Origin: Candidatus Latescibacterota bacterium
GTDB lineage: Bacteria > Latescibacterota > UBA2968 > UBA8231
Reading direction: 5' to 3'
NCBI GenBank assembly: GCA_965203355.1
Contig: OZ241889.1
Span: forward strand, 2,880,001-2,944,000
Length of the DNA stretch: 64,000 nucleotides
Each line of letters begins with the position of its first letter. Positions within the stretch are counted from its first letter, which is position 1. Shown here in pieces: positions 51,938-61,841 of the stretch. Under the pieces are notes generated by a model. The model was not told the DNA's origin, made no database searches, and saw only the letters and a list, made by a program, of their open reading frames with translations. Made by a program: the position numbers and the translations under genes.

Positions 51938-54900
51938 ATGTTAAAGTACACGCACACGCCGCTATTTTGGAGCAACCAAAAAGCATGGGCTTCGATGCAA
52001 TCAAAAAGCATGACAATCGCCCTTTTCTTGGGCGTCCTGAGCTATACATCCCTTTGGGGACAGAACATAGACTTTTCCCCACCTGATAAACCCGACGGCC
52101 CGGCCAAGCTAGAAAGTGCGCTGTGGGCGTTGGCCGCACCCCGAGCCGGCAAGCCAACTCGCGCTGTACAGGATACGGTCGTCGTCATCTTGGTTCCACA
52201 TCTTGGTCAAGGGTCGGCTTCGCTTGATACGTCGTCGCTGGCGGCACTGGGCGGGATGGTGCGCGCCCAGTCCAAGAGTCTGATGCGGGTTTCGGTTCCG
52301 GCGGCGTCGCTGCGGGCGGTTTCCGAGCTACCGGGGGTTCGCTTTGTTCGCCGGCCGCGTCGGCCGCATCCGAACCAGACTGTCAGCGAAGGGGTGCAAG
52401 TCACCAAAGCGCATGATAATCACCGCAATGGTGTGAGCGGCCAAGGGGCCAAGGTAGCGATTATTGATCTCGCATTTAAGGGGGCGGATCAATTAGGCTC
52501 AGAACTGCCGACGGATGTGAAGAATTTCGACTTTACCGGGGGCGGGATATACGCCTACGCCGGTTCTGAACTCGCTTCTGTCCACGGCACCGCTTGTGCC
52601 GAGATCATCCACGATATGGCTCCTGAAGCTGAACTCACGCTTCTGAAGGTAGGCGATCTCGTTGACGTTGAGAATGCCAAGGACTTTTGCATACGAGAGG
52701 GAATTGACATAATCAATCATTCCATAGCTTGGGCTGATGGCATTGTCGACGGCCGTGGGCGGGTCTGCGACATTGTAAATGACGCGGCTGACAACGGCAT
52801 CCTTTGGGTACAGGGATCGGGCAATACGGGCCACAGAAAATATTACGGAGGGGTATGGTCTGATTCCGATGATGACCGTTGGCACGACTTTGGCAGCCAA
52901 GACGACGAGCTCCTGTCGTTTAAAGCCGAGGCCGGGGATGATATACATGTTTTCTTGACTTGGGATGATTGGCCCATCTCCTACCAAGACTACGACCTGT
53001 ATCTCTATTTTGAGAAAGCCGACGGCGATTTAGAAGAAGTCGGCAAAAGTACCAATTTTCAATACACTTCCGGTGGCGAGCCTTATGAAGGCATCGAAAT
53101 AAAGGCACCAAAATCGGGGAACTATGGCATAGGGGTTTATTTCGGCAATCCGAACAATGTAAATGCCCAGCCTATGAAGCTAAAGATATTTATGTCTGGT
53201 TCCGATTTCGCAGAGTATGCGGTTACCGGGGGCAGTATCCTGAGTCCTGGCGACGCCAGAGGGGCTATGACCGTCGGCGCGATTCATTATAACGATTACG
53301 ACCTAGGTCGGATTGCAGATTACAGTTCCCGAGGGCCTACTGCCGATGGTCGCATCAAGCCCGACCTCGCCGCACCTACTGGAGCATCGACCGTTTCTTA
53401 TGGTGCCGGTGCCTTTTGGGGGACTTCCGCGGCGGGTCCCCACGTGGCCGGCGCGGCAGCGCTGATCAAGTCGGCGAATCCATCGTACTCGTACGCTCAG
53501 TTGTGGGACGCCCTGATCGCGGCAACGGTTGACATCGGACCGCCGGGCCGGGACAACGACAGCGGATACGGCAAACTCGTGCTGCCGATTATGCAAGCTG
53601 TCAGAAGCGACGATACGAATTCCGCGCCCACCAACGATGCGCCGCCCACCAATGATGCGCCGATCTCTTACGATGAGCCAATCTCTTACGATGAGCCAAT
53701 CACTTACGATGAGCCGATCACTTACGACGAGACGTTGAGCGAGAACATCACCTTGTCGGTGCGTCCGAGTGAGATCGAAGAGGACGCGGGGGAGACGACG
53801 GTTACGGTGACCGGGACGTTAGACGGCCAAGGGCTCGACGCGGATGCGACCCTCACGTTGGTCTTGGACCACGCCGCGGACCTGGCGGCGACGCGCGATG
53901 TGGACTATCTGGCGCGGCTGACGACGCTGACGATTCCGCGCGGTTCGGTGTCCGGGACCGCGACGATTGCGATCACCCCGCTCCCCGATGGGCAAGCCGA
54001 CACCCACGAGACGATCACGCTAACGCTGTTGACCGACGACCTCAAAAACCAAGCCGGCGAGACCCTCGCGGTACGGACCGCGGCGATCACGCTGATAGAT
54101 GACACGACTATGACGGATTCGGATGCGCCCGCCGACCTCGGCCGGCCTCGCTTCGCCGCGGGCCCGTTAGCCTTAGCCTTTGAAGCGACGAGGGGGCGGG
54201 CGTTTAGCGCGGTGTTGCCCGCCGCCACGGGCGAAGGGACGCTGACCTATAGCGTCTCGGCCGGGCTACCGGCCGGGCTGGCGTTTGACCCGGCCACCCG
54301 GACGATTGCCGGGACGCCAACCGCCGTGGGTATGGCTACGCTCGTCTATACGGTGCTCGATAGCGACGGCGACCGCGCCGCCCGAACCGTCACCCTCACG
54401 GTTCGGGAAGCCCAGCCGGTCGTGGGGGTCGCGAGTGTGCGGGCTTCGCCAGCGGTCGTGCGCGAAAACGGCGTGCCGACCGAAATCCGCGTTACGGCGA
54501 CGTTGGTGGGGGCGGCCCCGACAGCGGAGACGATTCGCTTCACGCTGGTGCCGCCAGCCAGCGGGACGATGGCCACCCGCAACGTGGATTACACCGCGAC
54601 ATGGGCGGGAACCGTCACCATCGCGGCCGGGGAGACGATGGGTTCGACAACGCTTTTCTTGTCGCCCATCGACAATGCGGCAACGGACGGTCATAAGTAT
54701 TTGGGGATCCGGGCGGCGGCTTCGGGCGGCTGGGGGCAGGTGGACCTGCGGATTTCCGACGACGAGACGGCCAGCACGGCGCTGGTGGTGTCGGTGCTGC
54801 CGAGCGCGATTAGCGAGTCGGCGGAATTGACGGAAGTGATGGTCATGGCTGCGTTGGACGGCCAGCCGTTGGCCACGGATGCGACGGTCGCCATCTCGAT

Positions 54901-56185
54901 TGACGCGGCTTCGAGTGCCACACGCGGTACGGACTACTCGGCCCGGTTCGATCCAGCCGTTACCATTGCGGCCGGTGCGCTTATGGGTTCGACGCGCTTT
55001 TTGATTGATCCGGTCGCCGATGGCTTGGCCGAAGGGGACGAGACGATCGTCCTCCACGCGAGAGGGCCGGGCTTGACGGCGGGTTCGGCGACGCTGGTGC
55101 TGACCGACGTGGACAGCGGCATGATGGACAGCGATGAGGAGAAGACGCTCTCCTTGGCTTTCGTCGAGGGAGCTTCGGTCGCCGCACACACCTATACGGC
55201 GGGCATGGCGATTACGCCGTTGGTCCTGCCGATGGCGATGGGCGGCGAGGGAGCCATCACGTACAGCGTGTCGGATTTGCCAGCCGGGCTGTCGTTTAAC
55301 GCGGCGACCCGGACGATTTCCGGGACGCCAGACGCGGCGACCGATGGGGCCGTTGAGGTCACCTACACGGCGACGGCTGGCGCCGAAAGCGTCTCGCTGA
55401 CGTTCACAATCACGGTCAACCCGATGCTGGACTTGAGCACGTTGTTCGATGTGTTCAACAACGGAGCCGGCAAGCCGGTGCCAGTGCGGGCCGGGCTGAA
55501 TGCGAATGCGCGGCTGTATCTGGATGCGCCGACAGCCCTGCCGAGCGTAGGTGAGGAGTTCGTCGTTAATGTGCGGTTGGCCGACTTCGTGGCGGTCAAA
55601 GGCTACGGCTTGCAGATAGCGTATGACGCCGACCAGCTAACTTTCGTCGAGGTTGCGAACCGATCCGTGCTAGAGGGTCACGCGTGGGCTACGCCGCAGG
55701 TGCTGGCCGAAGCTGGCGTGTTGACGGTAGCCACCCACGGCGATGTCGTTGCCGACGGCGAGCTAATGCTGCGCTTGGTCTTCCGTCCGACGACCGAGAT
55801 CGCGCACACAACCCTCGAAATCACCGACAACCAAACGTATGACCGGGCGTTGGGCTTCAACCGCTTGGCATTGCCCGCGCCGGTGGCATTACAGACGCGC
55901 CCGGCCGTGTTTTCGCTGGCGGCCAACTATCCGAACCCGTTCAATCCGCAGACGACGATTCAGTACGCGTTGCCGCAGGCGGCGGACGTGGGGCTGACGG
56001 TGTATAATGTACTGGGTCAGCCGATTCGGACGCTGGTCGCCGAGCATCAGGCGGCGGGTCGTTACGCGGTCGAGTGGGACGCGACCAACGACAGTGGCCA
56101 GAGCGTGTCGTCGGGGATGTACTTCTACCGCTTACAAGCGGGCGAAGCGTTCCTCGACATCAAAAAGATGCTACTGCTCAAGTAA
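51938..56185 (+). CDS. Secreted S8 (subtilisin) serine peptidase with Calx-beta-like and putative-Ig (He_PIG) repeats, cohesin-like domain and C-terminal FlgD-Ig/T9SS-CTD-like domain
   Basis: Triad VAIID / HGTAC / GTSAAGPHVAG; SSRGPTADGRIKPD; two LPAGL.F..ATRTI.GTP repeats; NYPNPFNP…KKMLLLK; true start may be 51995 or 52009-52010. Confidence 0.9.
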   Translation: MLKYTHTPLFWSNQKAWASMQSKSMTIALFLGVLSYTSLWGQNIDFSPPDKPDGPAKLESALWALAAPRAGKPTRAVQDTVVVILVPHLGQGSASLDTSSLAALGGMVRAQSKSLMRVSVPAASLRAVSELPGVRFVRRPRRPHPNQTVSEGVQVTKAHDNHRNGVSGQGAKVAIIDLAFKGADQLGSELPTDVKNFDFTGGGIYAYAGSELASVHGTACAEIIHDMAPEAELTLLKVGDLVDVENAKDFCIREGIDIINHSIAWADGIVDGRGRVCDIVNDAADNGILWVQGSGNTGHRKYYGGVWSDSDDDRWHDFGSQDDELLSFKAEAGDDIHVFLTWDDWPISYQDYDLYLYFEKADGDLEEVGKSTNFQYTSGGEPYEGIEIKAPKSGNYGIGVYFGNPNNVNAQPMKLKIFMSGSDFAEYAVTGGSILSPGDARGAMTVGAIHYNDYDLGRIADYSSRGPTADGRIKPDLAAPTGASTVSYGAGAFWGTSAAGPHVAGAAALIKSANPSYSYAQLWDALIAATVDIGPPGRDNDSGYGKLVLPIMQAVRSDDTNSAPTNDAPPTNDAPISYDEPISYDEPITYDEPITYDETLSENITLSVRPSEIEEDAGETTVTVTGTLDGQGLDADATLTLVLDHAADLAATRDVDYLARLTTLTIPRGSVSGTATIAITPLPDGQADTHETITLTLLTDDLKNQAGETLAVRTAAITLIDDTTMTDSDAPADLGRPRFAAGPLALAFEATRGRAFSAVLPAATGEGTLTYSVSAGLPAGLAFDPATRTIAGTPTAVGMATLVYTVLDSDGDRAARTVTLTVREAQPVVGVASVRASPAVVRENGVPTEIRVTATLVGAAPTAETIRFTLVPPASGTMATRNVDYTATWAGTVTIAAGETMGSTTLFLSPIDNAATDGHKYLGIRAAASGGWGQVDLRISDDETASTALVVSVLPSAISESAELTEVMVMAALDGQPLATDATVAISIDAASSATRGTDYSARFDPAVTIAAGALMGSTRFLIDPVADGLAEGDETIVLHARGPGLTAGSATLVLTDVDSGMMDSDEEKTLSLAFVEGASVAAHTYTAGMAITPLVLPMAMGGEGAITYSVSDLPAGLSFNAATRTISGTPDAATDGAVEVTYTATAGAESVSLTFTITVNPMLDLSTLFDVFNNGAGKPVPVRAGLNANARLYLDAPTALPSVGEEFVVNVRLADFVAVKGYGLQIAYDADQLTFVEVANRSVLEGHAWATPQVLAEAGVLTVATHGDVVADGELMLRLVFRPTTEIAHTTLEITDNQTYDRALGFNRLALPAPVALQTRPAVFSLAANYPNPFNPQTTIQYALPQAADVGLTVYNVLGQPIRTLVAEHQAAGRYAVEWDATNDSGQSVSSGMYFYRLQAGEAFLDIKKMLLLK
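53623..53732 (+). repeat. Drifting 18-bp tandem repeat linker (TNDAPP to ISYDEP/ITYDEP)
   Basis: About six gatgagccaatctcttac-type units, seen directly. Confidence 0.8.
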
Positions 56186-56402
56186 CACACACGACACCGC
56201 GCGAGTTACGGAAATGGGACCTCAACTTTCGGTTTGAGGTCCCATTTTCTTATGAACGTCAGAGCGACAGCCTACGGACCGCTTGCAGGCGGGCGAAGTG
56301 CTCCTCGCCGTCCAGAAGATGCTGCTGATCAAGTAGCACACGCGACACCGCGAGAATTACGAAAATGGGACCTCAATTTTCGATTTGAGGTCCCATTTTC
56401 TT
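56127..56402 (+). repeat. Direct repeat (125 bp, 17 mismatches) of the S8 gene 3' end + terminator
   Basis: 56127-56251 vs 56278-56402, ungapped, with a 26-bp spacer; manual alignment. Confidence 0.92.
56212..56251 (+). terminator. Rho-independent terminator of the S8 gene
   Basis: AAATGGGACCTCAA-loop-TTGAGGTCCCATTT-TCTT. Confidence 0.85.
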
Positions 56403-56406
56403 TTTT
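56361..56406 (+). terminator. Second copy of the terminator
   Basis: GAAAATGGGACCTCAA-loop-TTGAGGTCCCATTTTC-TTTTTT. Confidence 0.8.
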
Positions 56407-56461
56407 CGCCGCAACTCGTTGCACTTGGCACTTGATCGTGAAAATCAAGGAAAGCATCCCC

Positions 56462-57490
56462 TTACAGTTTGAGGCAGCGTCCGCTTTCAGCCGCGCCGTA
56501 CGCCGCCTCGACAAAGCGCATGGCCTGCCAAGCATCGTCGCCGTTGGTGATGAAAGTACCCTGCCCACGGCTAGCGGCGACAAAGTCGGCGATAAAGTCC
56601 AATCCGGCCGCTCCACCGTACCCGGGCGCCTCGCCAACTGAGAGGTCAAATTGACGGTACTCGTCCTCGGTCCAGCCCCCGGCTTGGCTTTGGACGATGA
56701 GCCGGTCGCCGCGTCCTTCCCAATCTTGCATCACCCACGTTGCATCCCCTGCCGTTCCCCTAAAACACAAGTAAATATCGCCGTATCGGCGTGGCAGGAC
56801 ATAGCCCGCGTGCAGGCTACCCAGTGCGCCGTTGTCCATGCAGAACGAAGCGGTGAGCACATCCTCGACGTCAATGTCAGTGCCGCTCAGGGTCGCCTTG
56901 TGGGCACTGACGGCTTGGTACTCCAAACCGCTGATATAGCGAATCAAATCGACCGTATGGATCGCCAGCCAGTGTAGGATGCCCCCACCCGCTTGTGCGC
57001 GGTCAAAGAGCCAGTGGTCCGGGTTGCGCTGCTGGACGGTGCTGGTGATCATCCGACCCTCAATCGAGACGATGCGGCCCAAGACACCAGCGGCAACGAG
57101 TTCGCTCATTTTGCTGGCAATCGGATGATAGCGGTTCAGAAAGGCCGTGGCCCACAAGACCTGCTGCTCAGCGGCGACTTTGTTGAGGCGGGCGATGTCA
57201 GCGGCCGTGCGCGCGACCGGTTTCTCGGCAAGGACCGGCACGTCGGCCTGCAAAAGCTGCGCGATGAGGTCTGGTGCTCGATCATTGCGCGTACACACGA
57301 TGGCGAGCCCCAACTTCTCGTCCTCCAACAGTGCGTCTAGGGTGCCATACACCTGATCAACGCCCGTGCATTCCTCGGTCGCACAGACGACCAACCGATC
57401 CACCGCCTCGCCGTGTTGCAGTGAAGCCAGCCAGCCGCGGCTGTGGGGATTGTCCAGCCCGACGAGAGCGGCGCATACTTTATCCGTCAT
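56462..57490 (-). CDS. Gfo/Idh/MocA family oxidoreductase
   Basis: VLAEKPVA, AGGGILHWLAIH.VD, DVED. Confidence 0.88.
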   Translation of the reverse strand: MTDKVCAALVGLDNPHSRGWLASLQHGEAVDRLVVCATEECTGVDQVYGTLDALLEDEKLGLAIVCTRNDRAPDLIAQLLQADVPVLAEKPVARTAADIARLNKVAAEQQVLWATAFLNRYHPIASKMSELVAAGVLGRIVSIEGRMITSTVQQRNPDHWLFDRAQAGGGILHWLAIHTVDLIRYISGLEYQAVSAHKATLSGTDIDVEDVLTASFCMDNGALGSLHAGYVLPRRYGDIYLCFRGTAGDATWVMQDWEGRGDRLIVQSQAGGWTEDEYRQFDLSVGEAPGYGGAAGLDFIADFVAASRGQGTFITNGDDAWQAMRFVEAAYGAAESGRCLKL

Positions 57491-58466
57491 GGTAATCCAC
57501 CCTCTTTCCTTCCCGCGCCGACCGGTAGATGTTTTCCAACAACGCCACCGTGCGGCGCCCCTCCCGGCCATCCACCCGCAGGGCGGTCCCATGCTCTAAG
57601 GCCGAGACTACGTCCTCAACGACATTGGTCAGCGGATTGTCTATGGCCAGTAGCTTTTCTTGTAGCCCATCGCCAAAGACGCGCATCTCGCCCGACAGCA
57701 CGGCGTCCAACAACACGCCCCCTTCGCTGCCGTGGACCTCGGCGCTAAAATAAGGGCTTGCCGGGAAGGTCGTCGTGCCCAAAATGCCCCCTTTGGCCCC
57801 GCTCTCGAAGTTCAAGATGGCCTGACCAATATCCTCGGTCTCAATGTCGTGGTTCAGAATCGCCGTTTCGCCATACACCGTCTTGGGCACGCCCATGAAC
57901 CACAGCAGGAGATCAATCAGGTGCGATCCCTGATTGGCCAGCGATCCGCCCCCGTCCATCGCCCAAGTGCCGCGCCAGCCGCCGCCGTGTTCAAAGTACT
58001 CCTGTGAGCGAAACCACTTAAAGCGCACCTCGCCGAGGATGGGCTTGCCTAACAGGCCCTGCTTGAGGGCTTCGGCAACGCGGTAGTTGTTATCGACATA
58101 GCGGCTTTGGTAATCGACTCCGAGCAAGCGTCCGCCCGCGTCGGCCGCGGCAATTAACTCGTCGCAGGCTTTGGTGCTGACGTCCATGGGCTTGGTGGTA
58201 ATTACGTGATTGCCGGCTCTGAGTGCCTCAACGCCTATGGATGCGTGTAGCCCGCTCGGGGTCATCACCAGCACGACATCCACATCGCCCCTCCCCAAAG
58301 CGTCTTCAAGGGCCGTACACCACGCGCAGCCCATTTCCTCGCCTACTTGGCGGGCTAAATCTTCGTTGAGATCGACGACCACGCGCAGTTCGGCCCCGGC
58401 GGTCTCAACCACTTGCCGAGCGCGGTTGCGCCCCATGCCCAGCCCTACAACAGCAAATCCGATCAT
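57480..58466 (-). CDS. Gfo/Idh/MocA family oxidoreductase
   Basis: VVGLGMG, TPSGLH, HVITTKP, WRGTWAMDGGGSLANQGSH. Confidence 0.9.
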   Translation of the reverse strand: MIGFAVVGLGMGRNRARQVVETAGAELRVVVDLNEDLARQVGEEMGCAWCTALEDALGRGDVDVVLVMTPSGLHASIGVEALRAGNHVITTKPMDVSTKACDELIAAADAGGRLLGVDYQSRYVDNNYRVAEALKQGLLGKPILGEVRFKWFRSQEYFEHGGGWRGTWAMDGGGSLANQGSHLIDLLLWFMGVPKTVYGETAILNHDIETEDIGQAILNFESGAKGGILGTTTFPASPYFSAEVHGSEGGVLLDAVLSGEMRVFGDGLQEKLLAIDNPLTNVVEDVVSALEHGTALRVDGREGRRTVALLENIYRSAREGKRVDYHDG

Positions 58467-58627
58467 GGTACCTTCTCCTTTTTCATATCCAATGCTGCCA
58501 GCCTCTCGCGGCGATTGGCCCAAGGCATGTTCCATCCTTGGCGTTCAAGGCCCATTCACATCAGACCGACACCGGCAAAGAACTCGGCAAACGTTTTTTC
58601 AGCTTGAACGGTGCTATTTGGCTCGGC

Positions 58628-59023
58628 TTAGACCCAGTTTTCACATTGCAGTCCCCGAATCCGGCTGAACTCTCTCAGATTATTGCTCACTAGGATGCAC
58701 TGCTGGCTCAGGGCATGAGCAGCGATTAGCAAGTCCATATTGCCGATAGGCTTGCCCCTTTTTTCTACGTTGGTGCGGATTTTACCGTATTGCCGAGCCG
58801 CTTCCGCATCCCAAGGTTGCACGTCCAAGTGAGCGACGAAATCAACTAAAATGCGCTGGTTCATTTTTTTTGCCGAGGATCGCTCAACGCCATATTGCAG
58901 TTCCGCGTACGCAATCGCGGAAATACAGAGCGTATTAGGGGGAATTGAGTTGAATTTCGCCAGCAAGTTAGCCGGTCGTTTTTTGATGATATAGATGCAT
59001 ATGTTGGTATCCAGCATGTACAT
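58628..59023 (-). CDS. vapC: Type II TA toxin VapC (PIN domain)
   Basis: YMLDTNICIY, ELQYG, IGNMDLLIAAHA, LVSNNLREF. Confidence 0.93.
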   Translation of the reverse strand: MYMLDTNICIYIIKKRPANLLAKFNSIPPNTLCISAIAYAELQYGVERSSAKKMNQRILVDFVAHLDVQPWDAEAARQYGKIRTNVEKRGKPIGNMDLLIAAHALSQQCILVSNNLREFSRIRGLQCENWV

Positions 59024-59260
59024 CTAAAACAGATCCGGGCGGCTTTGGGGTGCGAGATCCACACGAGTCGCCATAAAATCTTCGGAAGGAAGCGGAGTCT
59101 CCTTAAAGAAGGCATCCCAAGACAGCGGACGAGGTGAGAGGATAATGTTCGGGCCTTCTTTACGAATCAATACTTCCGATCCTGCAAAGCGAAATTCTTT
59201 AGGCAACCGCACGGCTTGGCTGCGACCGTTCATAAAGAGCTTGGCAATTTTAGGTTGCAC
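59024..59260 (-). CDS. vapB: Type II TA antitoxin VapB (AbrB/VagC type)
   Basis: AKLFMNGRSQAVRLPKEFRF; GGAGGA RBS before GTG 59260. Confidence 0.92.
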   Translation of the reverse strand: MQPKIAKLFMNGRSQAVRLPKEFRFAGSEVLIRKEGPNIILSPRPLSWDAFFKETPLPSEDFMATRVDLAPQSRPDLF

Positions 59261-59281
59261 GATAAAATCCTCCTTGTTGGC

Positions 59282-59298
59282 ATATATCAAAGATATAT
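59282..59298. promoter_or_regulatory. Candidate vapBC autoregulatory operator
   Basis: ATATATC-AAA-GATATAT inverted repeat directly upstream of vapB. Confidence 0.5.
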
Positions 59299-59346
59299 AT
59301 CATAAACGAAAAATCAATTCGAGCCGTTGTGTGTCCGTGCCACCTG

Positions 59347-60951
59347 TCAATCTTCCACCACGTACAACCGCTGGTTCACCGCCAAATCTTCGAGCACTTG
59401 CACGCCCCCAGCCGGCCAGTGAATCTCTAGCCGCTCAATGCGCTCGGCTGTGCCCACGCCGAACACCGGGGCGCGCTGACTCGTCGAGAGGAAACCCGAT
59501 CCCGCCTTTACTTCCCTGAGTTGCCGACGTCCGCCGGCCCATAGGTACAGGCGGGCACCAATGCCGTCGCGGTTGCTCTGCCGACCCTTTAGCGCGACCG
59601 CGAGGTAATGGCCTTGGGCACCGTCGTTGCGCAGCAAGGCGAAGCGGCGGCCGTTGTTGACGAGGGCAATATCCAAGTCGCCATCTTGGTCGATGTCTCC
59701 AAAGGCGGAGCCGCGCACCACGTAGAAGGCAGTAAAAGCCGGACCACTCTCAGCGGTCACTTCGCGGAAGACACCCGCACCGCCATTGCGAAAAAGCTGT
59801 GCCTGTTGTGCGTAGGTCACCAATTCGTCGTACTGTTCAATGTTGTCGTGGACATGGCCGTTGCCCACGAACAGGTCGAGGTGCCCGTCGTTGTCCGAGT
59901 CGAAAAACCCCGTGCCAAAACCAAGGTAGTTCAGGCTGAGATCGCCGAGGCCAGCCTTGAAGCTGATCTCGGAATAAAATGCGCCGTCGTTGCGATACAG
60001 CCCGTTATTTTCCAACTGGTAGTTGGTGACGAAGAGGTCGAGATCGCCGTCTTGGTCTATATCGCCGGAATCAACTCCCATGCCCGCTTGGCTGGCCCCG
60101 TCCGCGCTCAGCGCAGTCCCGGCCAGCAAGCCGATCTCGGCAAAGGTGCCGTCGCCTTGGTTGACGTAGTGGAAATTGGGTGTTAAGTCGTTGGCTACGT
60201 ACAGATCCGGGTCGCCGTCCCCATCGAAGTCGCCAGCCACCGCGCCCAACCCATTGCCCTGGTGCTCAATACCCGCTTGGCGGCTCACCGCAGAAAAGAC
60301 GCCGCGGCCTTCATTGCGGTAGAGAATATCCACGGTAGCAGCAAAAACTCGTGGATCGCAGTAGAAGCGCAGCCCCAAGTCCTCGCGTCCACACCAAGGC
60401 TGTTCGCCCAAGACAAAGCGGACGTACTGCGCGGCGAAGAGGTCGAGGTCGCCGTCGAGATCCCAATCGAACGCAACGGCACTGGTGGTCCATCCCGCGT
60501 GGCCGAGACCGGCCTCTTCCGTGGCATCGACATAACCCCCTCTTTCGCGCCGGTAGAACTGATCCGGCCCCCATGCCGTCAGGTAGAGATCCGGGTCGCC
60601 ATCTCCATCGTAGTCGGCCGCGGTCACCCCCATGCCATAGGAGGTACCGGGTGCGCCCGCGGCGCCATCCACCCGTGCAAAGACGCGCCCGTCGTTGCGA
60701 AAGAGTTGGTTGGCGGCTGGGCCCCGCCCCTGCTCCAAGTCCCCGCTGTTGACCAAGTACAAGTCCCAATCGCCGTCATCGTCGTAGTCGAGAAAGGCAC
60801 TGCCAGCACCATTGGTCTCGGGCAATCGCTTTTGCGGCGAGGCCCCATTGTCGTGGACAAAATCAATGCCTAACTCGCGGGCGACCTCGGCGAAGCGGCT
60901 CTGCCCATAGCTAACGGCCGACAGCAAGAGCACCAAGACTAGGGCACCCAC
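59347..60951 (-). CDS. CRTAC1 family protein (FG-GAP/VCBS repeats + ASPIC/UnbV)
   Basis: Multiple DxDxDGDxDL repeats; SNRDGIGAR…GSGFLS…WPAG. Confidence 0.9.
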   Translation of the reverse strand: MGALVLVLLLSAVSYGQSRFAEVARELGIDFVHDNGASPQKRLPETNGAGSAFLDYDDDGDWDLYLVNSGDLEQGRGPAANQLFRNDGRVFARVDGAAGAPGTSYGMGVTAADYDGDGDPDLYLTAWGPDQFYRRERGGYVDATEEAGLGHAGWTTSAVAFDWDLDGDLDLFAAQYVRFVLGEQPWCGREDLGLRFYCDPRVFAATVDILYRNEGRGVFSAVSRQAGIEHQGNGLGAVAGDFDGDGDPDLYVANDLTPNFHYVNQGDGTFAEIGLLAGTALSADGASQAGMGVDSGDIDQDGDLDLFVTNYQLENNGLYRNDGAFYSEISFKAGLGDLSLNYLGFGTGFFDSDNDGHLDLFVGNGHVHDNIEQYDELVTYAQQAQLFRNGGAGVFREVTAESGPAFTAFYVVRGSAFGDIDQDGDLDIALVNNGRRFALLRNDGAQGHYLAVALKGRQSNRDGIGARLYLWAGGRRQLREVKAGSGFLSTSQRAPVFGVGTAERIERLEIHWPAGGVQVLEDLAVNQRLYVVED

Positions 60952-60953
60952 TA

Positions 60954-61814
60954 CTATCCCCTGAGCAGCGGCTCTATATAGTCTTTGGCGCGCAGCAAAC
61001 CTTCCTGTTGCAGTTCGGGCGTCTGCCAGAAGTAGTGATCTTCAAGCTCCACCGAGAGTACGCCATCGTAACCCACGTCTTCGAGCCGGCGTATTACAAA
61101 GTTCCAATCCACCTCGCCTTCGCCGGGGATGGTATAGCGCCACCAGCCCTCGCCGCATACGTAGGTCGAACTGTAGGCCTCGCCCAAGTTGCCGGATTCG
61201 TAGAGTTTTTCCGGCATGATCTCGGTGTCCTTGAGATGGACGTGCCGCACGCGGTCGCCAAACTCGTACAAGAGCCGCTGATAGTCGATCTGCAAGCGCA
61301 CAAAGTGGGAGGGATCGTAGCAGATGCCCAGCCGTGGCGACGGACACGCGGCAAAAATCAAGCGTAGGCTCTCCGGCGAGCAGCCCAGATTGGCGTAGTG
61401 GGGTCGGCCCCCCGGCCAAGGTTCAATGGCGATATTAACGCCCACCTTCTCGGCGTGGGCTACGACCCGCGGATAGACCTTGGCAAATATCTCAAAGGTC
61501 TCGGCTTTGGACATGCTGGGGTCGTCTGGGCCGAGCACGGTAAAAAGCGTGTGGCCACCGTGCCGGGCAATCGCGCTCAAACTCTTCTTTAGTTCGCTCA
61601 AGCCCTTGCGGCGCTGGGCCGCGTCGCGGGTGAGGACTTGGCCCCCGCCATCCGAAGTGCCCAGCACCAAGCCTAGTTGCGCGCAGGTGCGGGCGATCTG
61701 CCGGGTCAAAGGCGGGGTATCGACCGCGCCAAAACCGTGCTCGGCCAACCACGCGGCATAGGCGTCGAAGCCGATCTGGCGGGAAAACGGGGGCATGCGA
61801 GTACCGATTTTCAT
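60954..61814 (-). CDS. Sugar phosphate isomerase/epimerase (AP endonuclease 2 family)
   Basis: AIEPW, YDPSH, HVHLKD, IPGEGEVDW, LSVELED. Confidence 0.85.
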   Translation of the reverse strand: MKIGTRMPPFSRQIGFDAYAAWLAEHGFGAVDTPPLTRQIARTCAQLGLVLGTSDGGGQVLTRDAAQRRKGLSELKKSLSAIARHGGHTLFTVLGPDDPSMSKAETFEIFAKVYPRVVAHAEKVGVNIAIEPWPGGRPHYANLGCSPESLRLIFAACPSPRLGICYDPSHFVRLQIDYQRLLYEFGDRVRHVHLKDTEIMPEKLYESGNLGEAYSSTYVCGEGWWRYTIPGEGEVDWNFVIRRLEDVGYDGVLSVELEDHYFWQTPELQQEGLLRAKDYIEPLLRG

Positions 61815-61841
61815 GGTATGTTCCCTTCTATTGGATTTGGA

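Noticed and set aside
56127-56402. DGR VR/TR pair
   Set aside because: The adenines are in the gene copy (wrong polarity), several mismatches are at non-A positions, the repeat includes a terminator, and there is no RT.
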